Shown here one piece after another: positions 1-9,425 of a stretch of 64,000 nucleotides of DNA (position 1 is its first letter; every line of letters starts with the position of its first letter). Location: NCBI GenBank assembly GCA_964430265.1, contig CAYSEI010000001.1:61574-125573 (forward strand), given 5' to 3'. The translations under genes and the position numbers were made by a program. Below the pieces are notes generated by a model. That model was given only the letters and a program-made list of their open reading frames with translations. It did not search any database and was not told the origin of the DNA. The stretch is from an uncultured Pseudomonadales bacterium (GTDB lineage Bacteria; Patescibacteriota; Microgenomatia; UBA1400; CAYXSR01).

Positions 1-1179
1 TTCAGACAATTCAGACATACCAACTAAAGAAACAATCCTTTCAAGTTTCTGTGCTTCCTGTAGTGTTTTTTTTGTTTTGATATATACTTCATAATGTTTT
101 TCTCCAGCAATGTCTGGTGTTAATGCAGAGGAAGTTGAATTTAACAAGTCAACTGCTGGAAGCCTACCTGTTTTATAGATATTTCTTGAGAGGACAAGAG
201 TTGTATCCAAATAGGGAAAGGTAGTTTGTACACTCTGGTCAGTAATATCATCAGAGGGTAGATAAACAGCTTCAATAGTAGTGATATCTGCTTTGTTAGT
301 TGAAGAAAGTCTTTGGTGCAGGTGGCCAATTTCTGAAGGTAGAGTAGGTTGGTAACCTCCTTCAGAAGGGATCATGTTCATTAATGTTGAAAGTTCATAT
401 CCTGCCTGTGCAAAGCGGAACACATTATCCATAAAAAAGAAAACATCTGTTTCTAAATGATCACGGAAATATTCTGCAATAGCTGCACCAGCAGAACCCG
501 TTCTAAACCTCACAGCCGGATTTTCACCCATTTGTCCAACAACTAAGCTAGTGTTTTGCATTACTTTTGCTTGTTTTAGCCTTTGGTGAAGCTCTTTTGC
601 CTCTCTAGAGCGCTCACCAACTGCGCTGAAAACAGATATAGTGTTATTTTTACTTTTGCTTTTGCTTTCCTGACGTATTACCAAGTTATTGATAAGCTCT
701 GTTAACAAAACAGTTTTTCCTAGGCCAGCTCCGCCAAAAAGCCCAAGCTTGCCGCCACGAAGTAGGGGAGCAAAAAAATCAATTGCCTTAATACCAGTTT
801 CAATTATTTCTTCCGGAGGTGCTATTTCCTGTAAGTGCAGTGTGTTTGCTGAAGCAACAGGATAATTATCTTCAGTTTCTAAAGGTTTTTCATCAAGCGG
901 TTTGCCAAAGATGTCAATTACTCTTCCCAGTACTTTTTGACCAACTGGTATTGTTAATTTTTCTTTTGTATTTATAATTGTTGTTCCTCTAATAAGTTTG
1001 TTTGAATTTGAAAGAATTAAACAGTCAATTGAGTTTTTGTCAGGGACAGAATAGACTTCCATTTTTACTTCAGGATTTTCCTGCATAACCAAAATATCTC
1101 CGATTTCCGGAAGTTTTTCCAAAAACTGGATTCTGGCAATTTGGCTGTTAACAGCCAATACTTTTCCTGTATTTTGCAT
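1..1179 (-). CDS. atpD: F0F1 ATP synthase beta subunit; start codon at 1177-1179, C-terminal end cut by the window edge
   Basis: Own minus-strand translation begins MQNTGKVLAVNSQIARIQF and contains a GGAGLGKTVL P-loop and DNVFRF-type motifs. It lies immediately downstream of atpG in operon order. Confidence 0.9.
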   Translation of the reverse strand, partial: MQNTGKVLAVNSQIARIQFLEKLPEIGDILVMQENPEVKMEVYSVPDKNSIDCLILSNSNKLIRGTTIINTKEKLTIPVGQKVLGRVIDIFGKPLDEKPLETEDNYPVASANTLHLQEIAPPEEIIETGIKAIDFFAPLLRGGKLGLFGGAGLGKTVLLTELINNLVIRQESKSKSKNNTISVFSAVGERSREAKELHQRLKQAKVMQNTSLVVGQMGENPAVRFRTGSAGAAIAEYFRDHLETDVFFFMDNVFRFAQAGYELSTLMNMIPSEGGYQPTLPSEIGHLHQRLSSTNKADITTIEAVYLPSDDITDQSVQTTFPYLDTTLVLSRNIYKTGRLPAVDLLNSTSSALTPDIAGEKHYEVYIKTKKTLQEAQKLERIVSLVGMSELSE

Positions 1180-1181
1180 AT

Positions 1182-2063
1182 TTATCTCCATAAGCTCATA
1201 CCTGCTAAACGTTCCTGTCTTTTTTTAGTTTTTTCACGCTGTTTTAAAACTTTTCTTTTTCTTTCTAATTTTTTCAGGCGTTGTTCTATTGCATCTGATG
1301 CGTTTTCTAAAGTAGTAATTCTTGATCCCAGATTACCTAGCCGGGATTCATAAATTGTCTGGACAAAAAGTATTGCTGATATCTGTTTTTCAAAAAAAGC
1401 TAATATTTCCTCAAAATCAGGTTCAAACCAGTAGCTTTCTTTTTTTTCAATCTTTTCCTGGTCTTCCTGAACAAGCATTTGATCAGCAGTAATGTCTGTG
1501 TGTACAGCTTTTTGTTTGACAAGGGATTCAAACTTGGCATTAAAAACCTGTACTTTAGCATAAACATTTACATGCTCTATTAATTGTTTAAATCTTTTAT
1601 CATCTATACTAGATTCGTCAATGTCAAAAAAGCGGAATTCCTTATTAAATTCAGGGTTTTGTTCAACTATTTCTTTACCGATCTTGCCAACAACTGCAGC
1701 ATCAGTTTTTTTATTTTTTTGCAAATATGCGTAAAAATTCTGAAAAACCTGTTGTACAATACCGCCGGAGAATCTTTTTGCCGGGCTTAAAAATATTGCC
1801 AGCTCCTGTCCGTGGTTTTTAAACCGGGAGACCTGGGCTTTTTTCTTTTTTCTTTTTTTAAGCTCTTTTAAAAGTTTTTTGTAATAGGAGGCCTGTACAT
1901 CTGTTGACAACTCATGCAAACCTTCTGTGTATGGACGCGCTTTTAAAACTGAGTCACGGGTTTTTTGGATACGCATAACTGATATTTCTTTATAGGCTCT
2001 AACTAAAGAACCTAAAGTTGCCACTGCTTGAGAATCTGCTGTTATTTGTTTTAGTGTTGACAT
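1182..2063 (-). CDS. atpG: F0F1 ATP synthase gamma subunit
   Basis: The 293-aa ORF (MSTLKQITADSQAVATLGSLVRAYKEISVMRIQKTRDS...) lies between atpA and atpD. Its N- and C-terminal helices are typical of a gamma subunit. Confidence 0.85.
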   Translation of the reverse strand: MSTLKQITADSQAVATLGSLVRAYKEISVMRIQKTRDSVLKARPYTEGLHELSTDVQASYYKKLLKELKKRKKKKAQVSRFKNHGQELAIFLSPAKRFSGGIVQQVFQNFYAYLQKNKKTDAAVVGKIGKEIVEQNPEFNKEFRFFDIDESSIDDKRFKQLIEHVNVYAKVQVFNAKFESLVKQKAVHTDITADQMLVQEDQEKIEKKESYWFEPDFEEILAFFEKQISAILFVQTIYESRLGNLGSRITTLENASDAIEQRLKKLERKRKVLKQREKTKKRQERLAGMSLWR

Positions 2064-3481
2064 AATTTTTTAAATGCTTTGTCTAATTTTTTAATTTTTT
2101 CTCTATATTCTTCCCATTTTTTAAGTTCAGCTAGTTTGTCTAATCGCTGTTTTAAACTACTATCTTTTGCATAATGATTAATTATATTTTCCCTGCAATT
2201 ATGGATATTTTCTGTGTTTTCAAAAAAGTTGTTTTGTACTAAAGCAACAATAGCTAATTGAACAGATAATGGCACAACTTCCAAAGTTGCTTGAGAAAGC
2301 ATTTCCCTTAACATTTCTCCCTGCTCAAGTATTTTTCTTGTTTTAGGATTCAACTCTGCGCCAAAATGAGAGAGCTGGTCAATTTTTTGGTATTGGTTCA
2401 TAAAAGCATTTAATTTTTGATTGGCATTGCGTGCCAGCGTTGTTTGGGTTTGTTTACCGATTCTTGTTACTGAAAGGAAAGTATTAATGGCTGGCTGATT
2501 GCCCTGTAAGAAAAGGTTGTAGTCAAATAGTAAGTGGCCGTCAGTTATTGAAATCAGGTTTGAAACAATAAAATCGGTTAAATCATTTTCCGTTGTTTCT
2601 GCAACTGGGAAGCAGGTTATACTACCATTTTGAAAATTACCCGCACGTTCCAGTAAACGTGCGTGTGTGTAAAATATATCTCCGGGATATGAATCTCTTC
2701 CAGGGAATTGTTTTGATAAAAGTGCAGTCTCTCTATAAAATTTTGCATGAGTGCTTAAATCATCTAAAAAAACTAGAACCTCTCTGTTTTGATCGCGGAA
2801 ATATTCAGCCAAAGCCATGGCACTAAAAGGTGTTAAAGATATTAAGCTTGTTGGGTCCTGGGTATTAGTGGCAACAATAATTGTTTGATCAGCAAAACGT
2901 TTCTGGGATAATATTTTATATAACTGCTTAATCTCAGTAATTTTTTTTCCGATTAAAGCATAGACAATAATTGTGTCTTTATCTGACTGTGCTTCTGCAG
3001 CATTTAAAAGAAAGGAAGTTTTGCCTGTTTTACGGTCACCGATAATCAATTCACGCTGTCCTTTGGCAATCGGCAGCATTAAATCAACAATGCTTACTCC
3101 AGTCACAAGCTGTTCTGATTTTGTTTTTCTTGTTTTTAGAGTAGGTGGGCGCAGGTCAATTGTTCTTTTTATATTTTTCTCGATATCTGTTTCTTGAAAA
3201 AGGTTGTTTCCTAAAGGGTCAATGGTTTGTCCGAGAATTTGCTCGGAAAAAGAGATGGTCAGAGTATCTTGGTAGTGGAAGCATTTACTGTTAATTCTTG
3301 GCGCCTGAGAGTCTAGTAGCAGTATCTGGGCACTGTTTTGATTAAATGAAAGCACTTGTCCTTTCTGCTTTTTTTCAAATTCAACCAGTTCACCTACACG
3401 AAGATTGGGCAGGCCTTCAATTTCAACTAAAGAATGTTCAACTTTGTTTACAATGCCGAATTCTTTTATTTGGTTATTCAT
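2051..3481 (-). CDS. atpA: F0F1 ATP synthase alpha subunit
   Basis: The 476-aa ORF has a GDRKTGKTS Walker A motif and the architecture of the alpha/beta family. It sits at the expected operon position. Confidence 0.9.
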   Translation of the reverse strand: MNNQIKEFGIVNKVEHSLVEIEGLPNLRVGELVEFEKKQKGQVLSFNQNSAQILLLDSQAPRINSKCFHYQDTLTISFSEQILGQTIDPLGNNLFQETDIEKNIKRTIDLRPPTLKTRKTKSEQLVTGVSIVDLMLPIAKGQRELIIGDRKTGKTSFLLNAAEAQSDKDTIIVYALIGKKITEIKQLYKILSQKRFADQTIIVATNTQDPTSLISLTPFSAMALAEYFRDQNREVLVFLDDLSTHAKFYRETALLSKQFPGRDSYPGDIFYTHARLLERAGNFQNGSITCFPVAETTENDLTDFIVSNLISITDGHLLFDYNLFLQGNQPAINTFLSVTRIGKQTQTTLARNANQKLNAFMNQYQKIDQLSHFGAELNPKTRKILEQGEMLREMLSQATLEVVPLSVQLAIVALVQNNFFENTENIHNCRENIINHYAKDSSLKQRLDKLAELKKWEEYREKIKKLDKAFKKLCQH

Positions 3482-3839
3482 ATTTTTTAAATTCTTTTTT
3501 TAATGTTAAATCATATTTTTTGCCCAAAAACTCCAGAATACATCCAGGGCAAATATTCTCAGCGTATTCAATTTGTAAAAACAGTTTTTTGTCTAGTTTT
3601 TTTCTTAGCAAACTCACTAATTCTTGTTCTTGATTATCAGTAGGGGAATATGCCAAAAATAGCTTTGCAATTGGCAGCTGCAGTATTTTGTCAATTAATT
3701 GCTGGTATTGTTTGGCTTTATCGGTTTGTTTTGTTTTAGGGTCTTGATAAAGCTTGTTAATTTTGTTTTGCAATTGTCTGATTATTAAGTTGCGCTGATT
3801 TATGCTGGCAGCTTGTTTTAAAACCTGGTCAAGATCCAT
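3474..3839 (-). CDS. atpH: F0F1 ATP synthase delta (OSCP) subunit, short form
   Basis: The 121-aa ORF lies between atpF and atpA. The call rests on operon position and size only. Confidence 0.55.
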   Translation of the reverse strand: MDLDQVLKQAASINQRNLIIRQLQNKINKLYQDPKTKQTDKAKQYQQLIDKILQLPIAKLFLAYSPTDNQEQELVSLLRKKLDKKLFLQIEYAENICPGCILEFLGKKYDLTLKKEFKKYE

Positions 3840-4335
3840 TTTTCTTTTCTCCTAGATGTTTGTTAAGTAACTGTAAAACTAGTTTGTGCTGGTTGTCTGG
3901 TGAAATCTGTTGTTGGAGTTTTTTTCTTGCTACCTGAATGGCAATTGCATCAGCATGTTCATCAATTTCATGGATTTTATCTTTTTTTATTTTTCTTAAT
4001 TGCTGTTCCAATTCTTTTTGAAAAGCAGCAGAGATTTTTTCAATTGTTTTGGGTAAGAGTTCCTTGTTTTCTTGGATATATTTAACGATATTTTCTTTTT
4101 GGGTTTGCAAAATTTCCTGGTGGAGTTTTTTTGTTTCCTCTTTTATTTTCTCAACTTCTTCTTGAACTTTCTTTTGTATTTGCTCTTTTTTCTTTGCTTT
4201 TATTTTTTCTGCGTCTTTTTTTAAATCAACTAGTTGTTTCTTCTTTTGTTTGATTTTTTTCCAGGCTGAAAATATGAGTATTTCAAGGACAACAATCTGA
4301 AAAACTAAAATATTTATTAATATCAAACTATTCAT
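3829..4335 (-). CDS. atpF: F0F1 ATP synthase subunit b
   Basis: The 168-aa ORF has an N-terminal transmembrane helix followed by a long K/E-rich coiled coil. It is directly downstream of the c-like gene. Confidence 0.75.
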   Translation of the reverse strand: MNSLILINILVFQIVVLEILIFSAWKKIKQKKKQLVDLKKDAEKIKAKKKEQIQKKVQEEVEKIKEETKKLHQEILQTQKENIVKYIQENKELLPKTIEKISAAFQKELEQQLRKIKKDKIHEIDEHADAIAIQVARKKLQQQISPDNQHKLVLQLLNKHLGEKKNGS

Positions 4336-4356
4336 TTTTTCCTTTAACTTTTTTAA

Positions 4357-5151
4357 TTAAGGTAAATAAACAATAATATAGGCAGCACCAAGTCCAGCAC
4401 CAACTATTACAAGGTTAATGATCAGATTGAAAATCATGCTAAAAATTATTGAGTTTTTAGATAAAGGATTACGCGCAACTCCTTCAACTCCGTTGCGCAC
4501 TACTTTGCCAAAAGTAAAAAAACTAAAGGAAATACAGCTTAAAACAACCAATCCTGCAATAGTATGGCGAAGGATTTCCTTTGGCTCCTCAATTGCTGCA
4601 ATTGTGCTTAAACTGACCATGTTTAAAAGCCGTTGGCTGATTACTTCTGAGGCAGGAGAATCTTCTCCGTAAGTGAACTTTATGTTTAAGTATACGGGGA
4701 TAGTTGTAGTTTCTTCTTTGCTTTGCAGTGTGTGGTTAGCTTGGGCTGTTCCCAGGGTAAACCCAGTTTTAGTTGCCTTCATTCCAATACCGGTAACACT
4801 TGAGCTGGTAATTCGGTCACCTTTTTCAATTGGCCCGTTTTCTCCAGAAATTAGAACAGGAACCGTTCCTTCAGCCATAACTGGATAGGTTTTTCCTGAT
4901 CCATTGCCGCTGTTTATTTCCAAAGCGGGTTTTTCAACTACCACGCCCATCATATTTTTATCATATGCTTCCTGGCTAAGGAAGTTTTGCGATTCATCTG
5001 CAGAAACAATTGAACCGTATCTGATATTGTCTCCCTGAATTTCCAAGCGGTGGGCAACACCCAGACCTTCATTTGCCGCATGTACAAAGTTTAAAGAAGC
5101 AAAAATAATTGCTAGAGCAATTAATATGGTAGAGGGCAGAGCTTTTTTCAT
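4357..5151 (-). CDS. Atypical ATP synthase c-subunit-like protein. An N-terminal signal/anchor and a soluble domain of about 175 aa are fused to a C-terminal c-subunit hairpin that lacks the conserved carboxylate
   Basis: The C-terminal 70 aa (...GKVVRNGVEGVARNPLSKNSIIFSMIFNLIINLVIVGAGLGAAYIIVYLP) carry the c-subunit loop signature (cf. EGAARQP) and the VGxGLG motif. The hairpin was re-translated by hand from the DNA. One continuous 264-codon ORF has no in-frame stop. Confidence 0.6.
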   Translation of the reverse strand: MKKALPSTILIALAIIFASLNFVHAANEGLGVAHRLEIQGDNIRYGSIVSADESQNFLSQEAYDKNMMGVVVEKPALEINSGNGSGKTYPVMAEGTVPVLISGENGPIEKGDRITSSSVTGIGMKATKTGFTLGTAQANHTLQSKEETTTIPVYLNIKFTYGEDSPASEVISQRLLNMVSLSTIAAIEEPKEILRHTIAGLVVLSCISFSFFTFGKVVRNGVEGVARNPLSKNSIIFSMIFNLIINLVIVGAGLGAAYIIVYLP

Positions 5152-5247
5152 GCTATTTTATATATTAACGTACAAAACCATAATTGTACAAGTTAAATTG
5201 GGTAAATTCTTCTTTACTATCTTTACTGGGATGAATATAATAAATTT

Positions 5248-8200
5248 ATGCGACAACACCTGCCTAAAATAATTGGAGCATTAACAGCTTTTGTGTTTAG
5301 TGCTGCTATCGGGGCTTTCAGTTTCCACATTATACCTGTTTTTAAACAAAGCTATTTAAAAGAAAAACCTCAAGTTGCTGAAAACAATCCTGTTGCTGAA
5401 TCCAGCGGTAGAGTTTTGGCAGCTGAAGACATACAGAACTCACCTAAGTTAAGCATTAACCTGCCAGCTTTTTTTTCTGATACTACTGAATTTCAGGAGG
5501 AAACAACTTTTACCAAAAAAGTTAATTTACAGGATGAAGTTGAGGGGAGTGGAGTAAGGTTGAACCTGGATGATGCAAGCGAGGTTGTCAGCGGCAGTGT
5601 TACAACAGGCACATTGACGGCTGAAAACATTATTTACTCAATTACTGTTGGTGAAGGCTTGTCTATTACTGAAGGGCAGGAGCCTGTGATTACTAACCTG
5701 GATAAAGGCAGTGATCAAAGCATATACAGCACTTTTAAAGTAAACGGAAGTTCTGTTACTGCAGGTTCAAATGAAGATGTTTTTGAGCTTGTTGAAGGTG
5801 ACAACATGAGCTTGTCATTGGACAGTGGTAGTAAAAAAGTTACCTTTAGCTCTTCAGCGCCTTTAATTTGGACATCCAGTGGAGACAACATCTACTACAA
5901 CAGTGGCAATGTAGGAATAAAAAATATAGATCCGCAGACTGCCCTGGATGTAACAGGAACAATAACTGCAGAAGGTTTAAAACTGACAGACGGAGCACAA
6001 GCTGGATATTATTTAAAAACTGACGTTTCGGGCAATGCTTCCTGGGTGAAGATTGGAAGCGAAGATGCACCATGGAGCTTGGATGGATCAACAGTAACTC
6101 TTGATGAATTAAACTACAATGTTGGGATTGGAACCACTAACCCCAATGCTCAGGTTAACATTGTAGCTAATAGTACAGACCAGCAGCAATTAGTTTTGCA
6201 AGGAGTGGCTGGGCAAACTGCAAATGCACTTGAAATACACGATGAGGATGGGAACGCAAATATATCTTTTGACAAGGAGGGTAATGCAAATTTTGCTGGT
6301 ACAATCACTCAGGAAGGATTTGCTCTATCCGGTAACGGTCTTAATTTTACTGGTGATGCAACTAGTGTTTCCTTGGATGCTTCTACACCTGAGCCGGATA
6401 ATCTTTTTAATAACGGCCTTTTGGAAGATGATCTGTCTGAATGGAATTATACAAAAACCAAAAAAGAAAAATTTTCCAATAATACCCTGGAAACAAATTT
6501 GGATAGCTGGGAAACAAATGGAACTCAGGCAAGCGCCTGGTATGGCAGCAGCTGGGAATACCGTAAAAAGATTACTTTTAATAATTCAGACCAGACAGAA
6601 GATTTGTCTGAGTTTCCTGTTTTAATTAAATTGGAGGAAGGCGTAAATATTGCTTATGACAAAATAGCAGCAAATGGAGCAGATATTAGATTTACTGATT
6701 CGGACGGAACAACAGAGTTATCTTATGAAATAGAAGAATGGAATGAGGGTGCCACTAGTTATGTCTGGGTTGAAGTGCCGCAAATAGATGGTGCCTCAGA
6801 TACTGACTATATTTACATGTACTACGGTAATGATGCTGCCTCTAATGGAGAAGATGCAGACGGGGTTTGGAATGCCAATTATGTAGGTGTCTGGCATTTA
6901 AAAGAAGATCCTAGTGGTGCTGAACCACAGATTCAGGATAGTACCGGTAACAACAATGACGGAAGTTCAAGAGGTAGTATGACAAGTGAAGATCAAATGG
7001 AGGGGGAAATAAACGGTAGTATTGATTTTGCTGGGGACGATGATTATCTTACTTTTGGTACAGAAACAGCAAACTTTGATACAGCAGACCCTTTTACATT
7101 TGAAGGCTGGGTAAAAATTGATGCAAGCTCTAACCAGGCAATAATATCAAAAAAGCGTGTTGGAGGTACTCATAATGGTTATAACTTGAATTATGATGGA
7201 AATAATAAGAAGTTCTATTTTCAGTTGGCCAGAGATGATTATTGGAATGCAGAAATTTATGTTAGAGGTTCAACAGAGGTATCTGCAGGGACAGATACTT
7301 GGTATTATGTAGTGGGAACATATGATGGTTCAGGTACTGCAGCAGGCACACAAATATTTGTAAATGGAGACGGGGAGACAGAAGAAATTGTAATTGATGC
7401 AATGACAGGAAGTTTTTCACCTACTTCGTATAATTTTCAGATAAGCGGTCGTTCAGGAGGAAGTTTGCTTTTTGACGGACAAATTGATGAAGTCAGAGTC
7501 TCAAATAATGCACGCTCAGCAGACTGGATTGCTGCCACATACAAGAGTGTGAAAAATACTTTTGTTTCTTACGGGGATGAACAAAGTGCAGGAAGTGGGC
7601 TTGTAATGCATGAAACAGATACAACATATGATTCTAGTTCTGGTTCAGTGGTTATTAATGCAACCGGTGATAACACAAATCTCAGACAAGCAATAAATCT
7701 TATAAGTACAGAAACATTTAACTTGGAAGCTTATGCATATACTGACGGCAGTGAAGTAACTGCTGATGATGTTCAGTTGTATTACAATGATGCAGCAATT
7801 ATTACATCATACACGAATATGGGTTCCGGATGGTACAAGTTGAGTGCGGAGGTTACTGGTGCTAATGCAGACCGGACAGTAGGAGCTTTAGTTAAGCATA
7901 ATGCGCAGGTATATTTGGACAGTTTCAGCTTACAAATCAGTGATACAAGCAACAAAGTAGTGCACGAGACAACTACAACTTATGGTTCTTCATCTGGATC
8001 AGGATTGATTGATGCAATTGGATTGGAGGATTTGGAGTTTAACCAAGAGATTACTGTAGCTGTTAACGGTACACACACTTTTAGTGTTTATGTGTACAAT
8101 AATACGCCCGGGACAATCGGGGGAACAGTGGATAGTTCAGTGGTAGAGCTTAATCATGAAGGATCAAATATTTCTAATATTTCATATACAGATCAGGGAA

Positions 8201-9390
8201 ATGGTTGGTGGAAGGTAGAAGGTTCAAAATCACTTACCACAGGCAGTAATACGTTTGGGGTGAATGTAAAAACAGATAAATCAGTATATATTGATAATCT
8301 GCAGGTGGTGGCAGGCAGGGGAGAGACAAAAACAATTACTATACAGAATACAGGCTCTGGTTTAGCCAAGCTAGTTGTTGAGTCAACAACAACTTTAAAT
8401 ACGGGGTTGGATTCGGAAAATGCTTTGGTTTTAAAAGGAGTGGAAAACCAGCAGGCTGATCTGATGCAGTGGAAGGATTATGAAAACAATATTCTGGGAG
8501 TTATTGATCAAGATGGCAACCTGGGTGTGGGAACTTCGGATCCTGGGTATAAGCTGCAAGTTGGTGAAGCAGGAGACGGAACAGTAGCACGGGCAAATGC
8601 CTGGGAAACTCTTTCTGATGCCAGTTTGAAAACAAACATTGATCAAATATTAGATCCTTTGGGGAAGATTGATGAAATGAGGGGAGTAAGATTTGATTGG
8701 GTATCTACACAAGAAAGTTCAATTGGTTTTATTGCCCAAGAATTAGAAAAAGTGATGCCCGAGGTGGTATCCACGGGAGAAGATGGATATAAATCAATTA
8801 ACTATCAGGTACTAACTGCATTATTAACGGAAGGAATTAAACAGCAACAGCAGGAAATTGAATTTATACAGAAACATTTAGGGTTAAAAACTGATTTTGT
8901 CGTATCATCAACAAGTAATTATAGTGATTTGAATGCAACCAGTTCAGCACAGCTTGATAAATTGATTGTGACTGACCTGGGAGTAACCGGAGAGATAACT
9001 AACGGAGTTGTTAATATAGACGGCTTAGACGGTGAGATAAATGCATTGGGAAGCACACTTAGACTGCAAAGCTTACCCGGTGCGGGCAGTTTGGATGTTT
9101 TTAAGGGAAAAATAGTTTTAAATCCCAATGGTGATATTGAAATAACTGAGGGGGTTTTAAAAGCAAACGATTCAATGCGCGGTAAAGTTGAATTAGAGGA
9201 GGATGTTGAAGGCAACAAAATAGAAGTTGAAAAAGAATGGGAAGAATCTCCTGTAAGTATTAATCTTACTCCGAGCTGGGATACCAATGTTTGGGTGACT
9301 GAATTAAACAAAAACGGGTTTGTAATCAACTTTTCCAAACTTCCTGAAAATGCAGAAGAGAAGCAAATATACTGGACAGCCATCTGGTAA
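5248..9390 (+). CDS. Giant membrane-anchored surface protein with DUF2341-like, LamG/concanavalin-like and tandem CBM-like domains plus a tail-fibre intramolecular chaperone (peptidase S74-like) autoprocessing domain
   Basis: Features seen in the 1380-aa ORF:
- An N-terminal transmembrane helix.
- A YRKKITFNN...DIRFTD...YEIEEW...VWVEVP...YMYYGN block (DUF2341-like).
- A GVWHL...FTFEGWVK region (LamG-like).
- Two domains of about 110 aa each beginning HET(D/T)TTY(D/G)SSSGS.
- TLSDASLKTNIDQILDP...GFIAQELEKVMPEVV...INYQVLTALLTEGIKQQQQEIEFI, the hallmark of the endosialidase/tail-fibre chaperone domain. Confidence 0.75.
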   Translation: MRQHLPKIIGALTAFVFSAAIGAFSFHIIPVFKQSYLKEKPQVAENNPVAESSGRVLAAEDIQNSPKLSINLPAFFSDTTEFQEETTFTKKVNLQDEVEGSGVRLNLDDASEVVSGSVTTGTLTAENIIYSITVGEGLSITEGQEPVITNLDKGSDQSIYSTFKVNGSSVTAGSNEDVFELVEGDNMSLSLDSGSKKVTFSSSAPLIWTSSGDNIYYNSGNVGIKNIDPQTALDVTGTITAEGLKLTDGAQAGYYLKTDVSGNASWVKIGSEDAPWSLDGSTVTLDELNYNVGIGTTNPNAQVNIVANSTDQQQLVLQGVAGQTANALEIHDEDGNANISFDKEGNANFAGTITQEGFALSGNGLNFTGDATSVSLDASTPEPDNLFNNGLLEDDLSEWNYTKTKKEKFSNNTLETNLDSWETNGTQASAWYGSSWEYRKKITFNNSDQTEDLSEFPVLIKLEEGVNIAYDKIAANGADIRFTDSDGTTELSYEIEEWNEGATSYVWVEVPQIDGASDTDYIYMYYGNDAASNGEDADGVWNANYVGVWHLKEDPSGAEPQIQDSTGNNNDGSSRGSMTSEDQMEGEINGSIDFAGDDDYLTFGTETANFDTADPFTFEGWVKIDASSNQAIISKKRVGGTHNGYNLNYDGNNKKFYFQLARDDYWNAEIYVRGSTEVSAGTDTWYYVVGTYDGSGTAAGTQIFVNGDGETEEIVIDAMTGSFSPTSYNFQISGRSGGSLLFDGQIDEVRVSNNARSADWIAATYKSVKNTFVSYGDEQSAGSGLVMHETDTTYDSSSGSVVINATGDNTNLRQAINLISTETFNLEAYAYTDGSEVTADDVQLYYNDAAIITSYTNMGSGWYKLSAEVTGANADRTVGALVKHNAQVYLDSFSLQISDTSNKVVHETTTTYGSSSGSGLIDAIGLEDLEFNQEITVAVNGTHTFSVYVYNNTPGTIGGTVDSSVVELNHEGSNISNISYTDQGNGWWKVEGSKSLTTGSNTFGVNVKTDKSVYIDNLQVVAGRGETKTITIQNTGSGLAKLVVESTTTLNTGLDSENALVLKGVENQQADLMQWKDYENNILGVIDQDGNLGVGTSDPGYKLQVGEAGDGTVARANAWETLSDASLKTNIDQILDPLGKIDEMRGVRFDWVSTQESSIGFIAQELEKVMPEVVSTGEDGYKSINYQVLTALLTEGIKQQQQEIEFIQKHLGLKTDFVVSSTSNYSDLNATSSAQLDKLIVTDLGVTGEITNGVVNIDGLDGEINALGSTLRLQSLPGAGSLDVFKGKIVLNPNGDIEITEGVLKANDSMRGKVELEEDVEGNKIEVEKEWEESPVSINLTPSWDTNVWVTELNKNGFVINFSKLPENAEEKQIYWTAIW
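7600..8310 (+). repeat. Tandem duplication of a domain of about 110 aa within the 1380-aa gene (copy A about 7600-7945, copy B about 7957-8310)
   Basis: The protein segments HETDTTYDSSSGSVVINATGDN...YLDSFSLQI and HETTTTYGSSSGSGLIDAIGLE...YIDNLQV are clearly homologous and look like carbohydrate-binding modules. Confidence 0.6.
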
Positions 9391-9425
9391 TTACTTCAAT
9401 TACCTAAAATTGAAAAAAGTAATCA

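Noticed and set aside
8919-9383. Antisense or overlapping ORFs inside large genes (also 5846..6091, 36114..36749, 30856..31410, 55098..55628, 14596..15036 and similar)
   Set aside because: Each lies entirely within and opposite to (or out of frame with) a gene with strong homology support. The translations are low-complexity. These are typical shadow ORFs.
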